Source: a virus (Duplodnaviria; Caudoviricetes). Taken from it: DNA of 28,607 bases. Location: the IMG/VR virus record IMGVR_UViG_3300035049_000147, positions 1-28,607 of that record; one strand, written 5' to 3'. Positions 1 through 6,867 of the stretch are shown piece by piece; position 1 is the first letter of the stretch, and every line of letters begins with the position of its first letter. The notes beneath the pieces are model-generated. The model was given only the letters and a program-made list of their open reading frames with translations. It was not told where the DNA came from and did no database searches. A program made the position numbers and the translations under genes.

Positions 1-42
1 TTCCTCTTCTGCTTCCTCTTCTGCTTCCTCTTCTGCTTCTGC
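1..42. repeat. 12-bp tandem repeat (TTCCTCTTCTGC)x3 encoding AEEE repeats
   Basis: Directly visible in the first 40 bases. Confidence 0.9.
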
Positions 43-696
43 ACCTTCGATAGCCTCCTTGACTCCAGGGATATCACATTTAAGAGCCTTGAGAGTTTTC
101 CATACGATATCCGAAAATTCATCCTGTTCTACATCGATCAAAGCAGCCGCTTCAATACATTTTTCTTTCAAAACCTTTACTTGGAGATTCAACAAGATAG
201 GAGGTTCCAGCCCTAACTCTTCGTTCAGTTCTTTTGCAACCTTTTTGAGTTCTGCTTTTGTAATTTTGCTTGTCTTCATAATAGATTCCTCTTTCATATC
301 TGTAAAGGTGTTATTAGTGGAAATTCGTTTTGTCTCAGGATTGCCAAACATTGTATCCTTAAAATTATTACATATACCAAATCCTCGTAATGGACTCATA
401 TTATCTAATCTAAGAAGCTCGTTGTAAGCCATTTGCAGAACTTGCATACGAGACATATTTCGAGTCCGTTTCCGAAAATAAACTAACGCTTTCTCATATT
501 TGGTAGTCTTTTGTCCATACTTTTTCAGCCAATCAATAACCAGATGATTGATATTTTCCAGGGTCTCTATAATGTTTTCCTTGGAACGGAATTTGAAATC
601 ATCAATAAGAAACTCCAGTGCATTTGTCATAATAGAATTTGGTGAGTCATTTATAATGATTCCATTCATCTCGATTAATTGGCTTGCAGATTTCAT
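1..696 (-). CDS. Hypothetical protein (>232 aa, truncated at window edge) with acidic EAEE repeats
   Basis: Hand-translated open frame from ATG 696 (RBS GGAGG) to position 1: MKSASQLIEMNG...KITKAELKKVAKELNEELGLEPP...EAEEEAEEEAEEE. Missing from the ORF track because the stop lies outside the window. Possible second in-frame start at 279. Confidence 0.8.
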   Translation of the reverse strand, partial: MKSASQLIEMNGIIINDSPNSIMTNALEFLIDDFKFRSKENIIETLENINHLVIDWLKKYGQKTTKYEKALVYFRKRTRNMSRMQVLQMAYNELLRLDNMSPLRGFGICNNFKDTMFGNPETKRISTNNTFTDMKEESIMKTSKITKAELKKVAKELNEELGLEPPILLNLQVKVLKEKCIEAAALIDVEQDEFSDIVWKTLKALKCDIPGVKEAIEGAEAEEEAEEEAEEE

Positions 697-747
697 ATAC
701 CCTCCTTTTTATTTTGATTAACCTCCGTTCCAATCTTTCTGAGTTTC

Positions 748-775
748 ATTATATAGTATCTAATCAAAAAGTCAA
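748..775 (-). promoter_or_regulatory. sigma70-type promoter (copy 1 of duplicated element)
   Basis: Minus strand TTGACT-16 bp-TATAAT upstream of ORF 696. Near-identical to 16353-16380. A 13-bp inverted repeat (779-791/807-819) lies just upstream of the -35. Confidence 0.8.
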
Positions 776-830
776 GACTTTTAAAGACTTTTAAACTTAA
801 AATTTTAAAGTCTTTAAAAACAATACCTTA

Positions 831-1241
831 TCATCCTTCCCGCATCATCTTTGCAAGACGATTTGCCCTATCCCCTACCTGTCTTGCCCATTTCGAATCC
901 ATCATCTCGTCTGCTGCTTTTTCATAATCCCCATCTCGAAGCGCCGCGATCATTTTTTTGAACTGCCGGAAACGATTCGGCCCCAGGTTAAACCTCATAT
1001 TAACAAGGACTCGCCATCGATTCGGAGAAAAATTATAGAACTGGAATCCCATTTCAGTGAGATCAGTATTACAATTTTCAATATCATTCCGCAGTAGATA
1101 TAAAGCTTCATCCTCAGAGATACCAACATCTTCAATATTCCGACCGATTCCGATTGTTAACTTGCCGGCCGGACACATGTATGGCTTCAGTTTCAACCCC
1201 TCATCTCTAATCAATTCTTCTTCAATCATTGTATATAGCAC
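831..1241 (-). CDS. Phage lysozyme (T4-lysozyme-like muramidase, GH24 type)
   Basis: DEGLKLKPYMCPAGKLTIGIGRN (catalytic E...T motif), NMRFNLG, SKWARQVGDRANRL, typical of T4L-like phage muramidases. Confidence 0.9.
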   Translation of the reverse strand: MLYTMIEEELIRDEGLKLKPYMCPAGKLTIGIGRNIEDVGISEDEALYLLRNDIENCNTDLTEMGFQFYNFSPNRWRVLVNMRFNLGPNRFRQFKKMIAALRDGDYEKAADEMMDSKWARQVGDRANRLAKMMREG

Positions 1242-1415
1242 TCAATCCATCCTTATTGTTTTTTTAAGTTCAACAACAAAACCCCGTCCTCTCATCTTCT
1301 GTTGATAATCCCGCGCCTGCTGCAGCCCCTCCAACGTCCCTGAAAATATTTCGATCATAATATTAAAAGGATGCTCGGGACTTGGTTTTTCTACCTGGAC
1401 TTCATACCTTGTCAT
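1242..1415 (-). CDS. Small hypothetical protein (57 aa)
   Basis: Hand-translated MTRYEVQVEKP...RGRGFVVELKKTIRMD*. ATGA overlap with the upstream stop and abuts the lysozyme GTG. Confidence 0.7.
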   Translation of the reverse strand: MTRYEVQVEKPSPEHPFNIMIEIFSGTLEGLQQARDYQQKMRGRGFVVELKKTIRMD

Positions 1416-1831
1416 CTAACAACTCCCGTTTTTTTCTGTGTATCTACTTCAAGAGAAACAGTTTCAGTTTCGAAAATTGTTTCTCGGAAAATATCTCCGG
1501 CTAAACCAACATATCCCGCTTGATCATCATAATTATCAACTTTCCCGGCCCCTGTAAGCTGCCGAGAATGTTTGTAGAGAATCATTAATTGTGCAACATT
1601 TAACGGCGTCAACAAATTTGAAAGGACAGAAACAATCTGATGTTGCATATCATCCGGAATCAGCACGGAAGACTCAATCATTCGATTTGTAATGAGTTGT
1701 TTCAAAGTTGCATTCCAATGATCAGCAATTGTTTCGAAACTATTTTCAGGGGTCCCGTATTGATCTAACCGATTTCCGTTGATAATTTCGAGGGCACACT
1801 TCAAACTTTTACCTCGTTCTGTATTTTTCAT
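1412..1831 (-). CDS. DUF6378-like phage protein
   Basis: IINGNRLDQYGTPENSFETIADHW...VAQLMILYKHSR...DNYDDQAGY matches the family pattern as I recall it. Confidence 0.75.
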   Translation of the reverse strand: MKNTERGKSLKCALEIINGNRLDQYGTPENSFETIADHWNATLKQLITNRMIESSVLIPDDMQHQIVSVLSNLLTPLNVAQLMILYKHSRQLTGAGKVDNYDDQAGYVGLAGDIFRETIFETETVSLEVDTQKKTGVVR

Positions 1832-2352
1832 TTATTCACCTCAATATCTTGATGAATCTTGCTTTCCGTTACCGTCGTCTATCCTTTATATTTCCCGCTG
1901 TAACCCGTATCGCAGCCGTCAACCTTTTTAAACCTGATCTGTGCAATCCGTCGCCCTGGCGTCAATACGATCACACAATTTTTCGATTCGTTCTTTATCT
2001 CGAGCGTTACACGGCCCTCGAATCCAGGATCACAAAATCCAGCCGTGCAATGCACACTGAGAAAACACCGGCCCCAGCTCGACCGGCCATCTACAATCCC
2101 CGCTAAAAACAGCGGAATATTAACCGTCTCCTGTGTCATCCCGAGAATAGTGTCGCCGGGATTCAGACTGATTTCACCGGATACTGGATAATAAGCAACG
2201 CCGCTCACGCCATCGATTATTTGTGCATCTAACGTTTTGAATTCGTTTCCAAGACGCAAATCATAACTCGCTGGCTGCTGCTGTTCAGCACGATACGGTT
2301 CAATCAAATGCATTGACCGGCATAATTTTTCAATTTCCACATTTCCGAGCAT
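1828..2352 (-). CDS. dcd: dCTP deaminase, with an in-frame TAG at 1879-1881 before the last 16 codons
   Basis: QPASYDLRLG, DGRSSWGR, TAGFCDPGFEGRVTLEI, RIAQI, YSGKYKG*TTVTESKIHQD. The frame continues to TGA 1828-1830, which overlaps the next ATG. Confidence 0.9.
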
Positions 2353-2509
2353 TAAGGCCCTCCAACATTAATTTTGATCTTTCTTCATCGATTTCGTTTT
2401 GTACATAATCCCAAATATCGATTACAATCTCTCGCATTTCCCGACCGGAGTAATCGTTAATGATGTGTGCCATAACCTCCAACTGCTGTTCAGTCGGTGT
2501 AATTTTCAC
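2330..2509 (-). CDS. Small hypothetical protein (59 aa)
   Basis: Hand-translated MKITPTEQQLEVMAHIIND...; GTGA overlap with the upstream stop; fills the operon gap. Confidence 0.6.
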   Translation of the reverse strand: MKITPTEQQLEVMAHIINDYSGREMREIVIDIWDYVQNEIDEERSKLMLEGLNARKCGN

Positions 2510-2976
2510 TGTATCCTCACAATTTTATTCTCATATTTACCAAGTGATACATTCCATTTAACTGTTGACAGCGACAGATGTTTTGCTTTTTTCGCAATCT
2601 GAATTTTGTTTCGATTGTGCTGTGACAACAGGATATAATCACAAGTTTCAGCTATCCATGGCGTTAAATAATCCCCGTTTGTATGCAACCCGATACTGAT
2701 ATTTTTATACGACGCGAGAATCCACATCATTTTAGCGTATAAATCAGGCTGTAGTGTTGGCTCCCCGCCGGTAAAAACAATGGCATCCAGCCAGCTTTTT
2801 CGCTCATCCAGTAAATCCAGGATTCCTGACCATTCAATTTTCCCACGTTTTTTTGGGATCAAATCTTTATTGTGACAGTGTGGACAATGGCGGTTGCAGC
2901 CTTGTGTGTAAACAACAAGGGACATCTTGCCGGGGTAATCAATTATGCTGTTTTTATAATATGCTGCTATTTCCAC
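2506..2976 (-). CDS. nrdG: Anaerobic ribonucleotide reductase activating radical SAM protein (NrdG-like)
   Basis: SIIDYPGKMSLVVYTQGCNRHCPHCHN (CxxxCxxC), FTGGEPTLQ, LHTNG. No nrdD in the window. Confidence 0.8.
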   Translation of the reverse strand: MEIAAYYKNSIIDYPGKMSLVVYTQGCNRHCPHCHNKDLIPKKRGKIEWSGILDLLDERKSWLDAIVFTGGEPTLQPDLYAKMMWILASYKNISIGLHTNGDYLTPWIAETCDYILLSQHNRNKIQIAKKAKHLSLSTVKWNVSLGKYENKIVRIQ

Positions 2977-3014
2977 ATTTTTTTCCTTTATTGGGTCAAT
3001 AAGTAGATTTTTTT

Positions 3015-3080
3015 ACCTATTGTAAAGTTGAGCGGTGGGGCGGTCCTTTGCCCCATCCGTTCTCTAACTTTTTATTGGCG
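3015..3080 (-). mobile_element. Degenerate attC-like site
   Basis: Minus strand CGCCAAT-AAA-AAGTT(A)GAG-AA-CGG(A)TGGGGC-loop-GCCCCA-CCG-CTC-AACTT-TAC-AATAGGT: attC-type stem with two extrahelical bases, but both cores altered (AAC to AAT, GTT to AAT). Confidence 0.5.
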
Positions 3081-3096
3081 GGCGCGTGACCCGCGC

Positions 3097-3321
3097 TCAG
3101 TTAAAACAGCTTTTTTCTGAGGCTGATACCTCTCGGTATGCTTCCTCAAAAACCGCTTTTGGCGACCAGGACTTGTAACCGTCTGGATATTCAACGAAGT
3201 ACCCTAGCCGTGTATCTCGGTTGGAAACGTCTTCTCCTTTGTAGGTCTTCAAAAAAGAACACTCATCCATGGGAAACGCTCTAATCAATTTTGCTCCAAT
3301 GTACAATTTTTCTTCTGGCAT
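3097..3321 (-). CDS. Conserved small phage protein (YIG.K...GY.V.Y.DGY.SWSPK.VFE.AY family)
   Basis: KLYIGAKLIRAFPM...GYFVEYPDGYKSWSPKAVFEEAYRE; RBS AAGGA. Confidence 0.8.
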   Translation of the reverse strand: MPEEKLYIGAKLIRAFPMDECSFLKTYKGEDVSNRDTRLGYFVEYPDGYKSWSPKAVFEEAYREVSASEKSCFN

Positions 3322-3410
3322 TTAATTATTCCTTTCTTTTGGTTCGCTCTACGGTTTATCCGTAGTAGCGTTTTGATTGGCTCTGCCTATAGGTCAAAGC
3401 CAATATACTG

Positions 3411-3594
3411 TTGAATGAACAGCGAGGTCTGCCAAATATCAGGCCGCACACGCGGGGATCGGGCAACGTCCTTCCCGCCGCGCTATCGGATGCTCTACCG
3501 TTGCCGGTCATATTGCCCACCGAATTAACCTCACTGCTCAAAAGTCATTCAACAATCAGATTCAGCAGACGGAGTACCGCAGCTGATCTGGGCG
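3411..3594 (+). mobile_element. Integron-type cassette (184 bp) without a convincing ORF
   Basis: Starts at G|TTGAAT (3410-3416, perfect GTTRRRY). Its own R'' ATTCAAC (3547-3553) is the exact complement. Ends at G|TTATAT (3594). Confidence 0.7.
3417..3539 (-). ncRNA. Candidate structured RNA inside the cassette
   Basis: 12-bp closing stem GAGCAGUGAGGU/ACCUCGCUGUUC with G-U pairs only on the minus strand, enclosing an ACCG-GCAA-CGGU GNRA hairpin, CGCGG/CCGCG and GCC/GGC stems. Confidence 0.55.
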
Positions 3595-3600
3595 TTATAT
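3547..3600 (+). mobile_element. attC recombination site (54 bp)
   Basis: ATTCAAC-AAT-CAGAT(T)CAGC-AG(A)CGG-AGTA-CCG-CA-GCTG-ATCTG-GGC-GTTATAT: RYYYAAC...GTT cores, unpaired spacer and extrahelical bases on the left arm. Confidence 0.75.
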
Positions 3601-3836
3601 TACTCAAAGTCCTTAATTTGTTTAGCCATGTCAGCTAATTCAGAAAACAATTTCTCAGCACAAAAAGATGGTACAGAAAATCCACTTCTTTTTGTCATTT
3701 TATTATCGTCGCCAACGGGTTCCCAATATTCGACACAAACATTATCCGAATATCCTGTACACCTATATTCCCACCCATCTTCATTTTTTAGAGTCATTTG
3801 AGGTATTTTTGTTAATTCTCTCCATGTATCATTCAT
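3600..3836 (-). CDS. Hypothetical protein (78 aa)
   Basis: ORF track; RBS GAGGTG; the stop abuts the attC site. Confidence 0.7.
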   Translation of the reverse strand: MNDTWRELTKIPQMTLKNEDGWEYRCTGYSDNVCVEYWEPVGDDNKMTKRSGFSVPSFCAEKLFSELADMAKQIKDFE

Positions 3837-3850
3837 ATTTCACCTCAAAA

Positions 3851-5140
3851 TTAAATGTAGTTTATTTCCTTACCTTCTTCTCTGATCGTCTTAAATACTG
3901 GAAATCTCAATGACACTTCATCATTATTTTGATTTTGACTTTCCCCGAAAAAGGTAATCTCTGCTACCCGACCAATGAATTTATCTTTATTATTCCAGAA
4001 TACCTTCCTCTCGTCATCTGAGAAGCCGCTCCCGACGCTCACTTTATTGCCTTTATATGATACTATCAGATTTCCTAATGTCCCGCGTAAACGCCCTTCT
4101 CCTTCTTCTAAGGCAATAATTTTCAGGTCAGCGGATTGCATCTCTTTTACTTTAAGGAGATTCCTTGTGCGCTTACATTCATATGGAGAGGAGGCCACAT
4201 TAACCATGACTCCTTCGTACCCGTTCGAGATCGCCTGTTTTACTAAGTCAGAAACGTAGGATAAATCATCCCCGTGATATAGAATAGGCACACTCTGAAT
4301 AAAATCCTGTGTACAAGATGCCATATACTTAATCAGAGATTGTTTCCGATTTGCACAAGGTGTTGGTGATGAACCTTCTATAAAATCATCAATAAGTAAA
4401 ACATCAAATACATGGAATACAACACCTGTTTTGATACCTTTCTTCCGTACGATTTTAGATGTAGAACGATACCAATCATCTTCTGTATTGTCGATTGCAA
4501 GTAATTCTCCATCATAGACGAAACCTCGTGGTAACTCTATTGCTGCTTCTTCGATTTCCTTAAGTCCTTGATAGAATTGACCCTGCCTTGTTCTGATTTC
4601 AATTAAACCATCATTATGACAGAAAATGAGAGCACGGTGTCCATCCAATTTTGGAGTGACAATGATATCACCTGTAATTCTATGTTGGAAATCTTGATAC
4701 TTATTCGCCAACATCACATTGAATGTAGGAATATGTAATTGAGTCGGAGTTACTTTATTCCATGTACTGGCTGTAATTCCTAATTTAAGTGATTTTGTGA
4801 CCAAAGCCTGGATTAAGGGGGTTGTATTTATATTTGCGTACGTCGATATAAATACCTGTACTGTTGCTATATCAATATCTTTCCCCGTGTTATTCACTTT
4901 GAGATATTGGAGTAAAGAAGGTAGATTTTTAGGTATCCGGATACTCTTATACTGAGAAACATCCGAAAGAACCTTGCGTACCTTTTTAGCACTCAATCCA
5001 GTAACAATGTATGGGTTGAGGAGGAATTGCATAGTTTCCACGAATAACTCATTGTCTTGATTATCTTTGATAAGTTGTTCTTTAGCTTTACGCCCTGTTA
5101 CATCTTGTAACTTGTTTGTAATTTCTAAGAGAGTATACAT
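3851..5140 (-). CDS. lig: ATP-dependent DNA ligase
   Basis: Motif I TPKLDGHRA, YDGEL, FHVFD, EGVMV, LLKVK, OB-fold VGSGFSD...SLRFP. Confidence 0.95.
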   Translation of the reverse strand: MYTLLEITNKLQDVTGRKAKEQLIKDNQDNELFVETMQFLLNPYIVTGLSAKKVRKVLSDVSQYKSIRIPKNLPSLLQYLKVNNTGKDIDIATVQVFISTYANINTTPLIQALVTKSLKLGITASTWNKVTPTQLHIPTFNVMLANKYQDFQHRITGDIIVTPKLDGHRALIFCHNDGLIEIRTRQGQFYQGLKEIEEAAIELPRGFVYDGELLAIDNTEDDWYRSTSKIVRKKGIKTGVVFHVFDVLLIDDFIEGSSPTPCANRKQSLIKYMASCTQDFIQSVPILYHGDDLSYVSDLVKQAISNGYEGVMVNVASSPYECKRTRNLLKVKEMQSADLKIIALEEGEGRLRGTLGNLIVSYKGNKVSVGSGFSDDERKVFWNNKDKFIGRVAEITFFGESQNQNNDEVSLRFPVFKTIREEGKEINYI

Positions 5141-5152
5141 CTTACCTCATAT

Positions 5153-5191
5153 TAATTTGCCTGTAAAAGGATGAATTTTACAGGCAAATTA
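5153..5191. terminator. 16-bp perfect stem-loop between the ThyX-like gene and ligase
   Basis: TAATTTGCCTGTAAAA-7 nt-TTTTACAGGCAAATTA. Terminator or processing role is inferred. Confidence 0.55.
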
Positions 5192-5248
5192 TTTCGATTT
5201 TAACGTTTAGGTGTATCCCCGATAACCGCTACCATTTCTTTCCTTTAG

Positions 5249-5830
5249 CTATGGCAACAATTCAGGGTGTTCAACTTGATTCCGGACTGACTCAATAAAC
5301 AGCCTCCATTCCGGTAACAGGTGTCCTTTTCGCTGCATAATGATATTCTTGAGCCCCATGTAGTTCAGATTCACGATTCTTCTTTGCAAAAAACCTTCCG
5401 GTAAGGCGTTTTTTATTACATCGATAGGCAACCCAGCTTTTATTTTGTTGTTTATTTTTGCAAGATATTCATGATCAATTCCGCGCTCAAAATCAGCAGG
5501 AGTTAATTTTTGCCTTTTTAGCATATGCATCGTGCTCTCTGAACGCTGTGCCTTCCCGACACCATACGTATCCATCTCTACCCACCAGTACCGCGGCGCT
5601 CTGATATCCCACCAAGTCTGAATCATTTTGAGAGCCCCATCATGACCTCGCTCCATCTTGGAAAGTTTTGATGTACGGTTGCCACACGATACAACAAGCT
5701 CTTCAAATTCTCCTTTAAGAAAATCTTCAAATTCAATACTGCTGGTTTTTCCAAATGACAAGCCATCTCCGAATACTGCTTGATCGTACCCTATCTCACC
5801 AATCAATTTTACATACACAAGCACCTCCAT
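5249..5830 (-). CDS. Divergent ThyX/Thy1-like (flavin-dependent thymidylate synthase fold) phage protein
   Basis: WDIRAPRYWWVEMDTY...SESTMH...NALPEGFLQRRIVNLNY..LKNII.QRKGH.LPEW; lacks the canonical RHR motif. Confidence 0.6.
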   Translation of the reverse strand: MEVLVYVKLIGEIGYDQAVFGDGLSFGKTSSIEFEDFLKGEFEELVVSCGNRTSKLSKMERGHDGALKMIQTWWDIRAPRYWWVEMDTYGVGKAQRSESTMHMLKRQKLTPADFERGIDHEYLAKINNKIKAGLPIDVIKNALPEGFLQRRIVNLNYMGLKNIIMQRKGHLLPEWRLFIESVRNQVEHPELLP

Positions 5831-5836
5831 TAGTTT

Positions 5837-6496
5837 TTATTTCAAATCAAAATGTTTATGCAATTGGAAATTAAAAATAATATGAGATATCAACTTTGGC
5901 AGCTTTAATGCAATTTGCTGTGTAATATACTCTACATCTTTACCGGATGATACTGATAATGCTATGTGTAACCCTTTCCAATCAGATCTTATATTTTGGA
6001 ATGCTTTCATAATCTTGATGGAATATTCCAAATCTTCCTGGTTTTTAATCACAAACTTAATCCAAGTTTGTGAAAAAGAAAGACATTTAAGAAAATACGA
6101 ATATTCCATCATCTTATTCTGTTCACCTGAGCTGGGAGTTTTGTAATCAAAAACATGACAAATCGGGAGAAAAGGTTTTCGACTACCATTGGTTTCAACT
6201 TGAATAATACACTCTTTATCACTCAACAACGAAATCAGTTCCCATAATTCTCCTTGATTTTGGAATAAAGGCTCGCCTCCTGTCAAAATTACATTGCTAC
6301 CAAAAGGTATTTTTTCACTAATCCTTTTCGGAGTCATAACGATTGCATCTTCTGATTCTGTAGATTGTGCTCTTCGAGTATCACACCAAGCACAACGTAA
6401 ATTACACCCTTGAAAACGGATAAACCAAGCAATCGCCCCTTGAGGAATAATCCCTACCTCTCCACTAATCGATTGAAAAATTTCATTGATTTCCAT
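5837..6496 (-). CDS. queE: 7-carboxy-7-deazaguanine synthase (radical SAM)
   Basis: INEIFQSISGE, FIRFQGCNLRCAWCDT, LTGGEP, VETNG, DYKTPSSG, QLHK; adjacent to queD. Confidence 0.92.
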   Translation of the reverse strand: MEINEIFQSISGEVGIIPQGAIAWFIRFQGCNLRCAWCDTRRAQSTESEDAIVMTPKRISEKIPFGSNVILTGGEPLFQNQGELWELISLLSDKECIIQVETNGSRKPFLPICHVFDYKTPSSGEQNKMMEYSYFLKCLSFSQTWIKFVIKNQEDLEYSIKIMKAFQNIRSDWKGLHIALSVSSGKDVEYITQQIALKLPKLISHIIFNFQLHKHFDLK

Positions 6497-6510
6497 ATTT
6501 TTTTTCCTTT

Positions 6511-6867
6511 TTAGTACGTTACTTCTGCGTATCCAGTATCAGTTTCCCACAATCGGATTTTAACCAACAGAGGAGACTGCTGTTTAATTACCTGGAAAAT
6601 ATCCATGGCCATATTCTCCGCGGTTGGATTCTTTCCGTAGGATTCAGACGTTAGAAATGAATGATCATACCGATCAATAATCGGTTGAAGAATTTCCTTG
6701 ATCCTTTTGAAATCCATTACCATTCCTGTTTCCGGATGGATTTCGCCTTCAAAGGTACACTCGAGTTTGTAACTATGTCCATGGATTTGTTTGCATTCCT
6801 CGGAATAACACTGTTTCAATTGGTGTGCTGTTTCGAACTTTACAATTTTTGTTACTCTGATTCTCAT
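6511..6867 (-). CDS. queD: 6-carboxy-5,6,7,8-tetrahydropterin synthase
   Basis: FETAH..C..IHGHSY, GMVMDF, YDHSFL, NPTAEN, LWET. Confidence 0.95.
   Translation of the reverse strand: MRIRVTKIVKFETAHQLKQCYSEECKQIHGHSYKLECTFEGEIHPETGMVMDFKRIKEILQPIIDRYDHSFLTSESYGKNPTAENMAMDIFQVIKQQSPLLVKIRLWETDTGYAEVTY

Noticed and set aside
3417-3539. tRNA, cobalamin, SAM or lysine riboswitch, or hammerhead identity for the cassette RNA
   Set aside because: The diagnostic conserved sequences (TTCGA T-loop, B12 box, CUGAUGA/GAAA core) were not found by eye.
3356-3638. ORFs 3411..3638 (+) and 3356..3541 (-)
   Set aside because: TTG starts without a clear RBS, they run across attC or hairpin elements, and they are better explained as by-products of GC-rich structured DNA.
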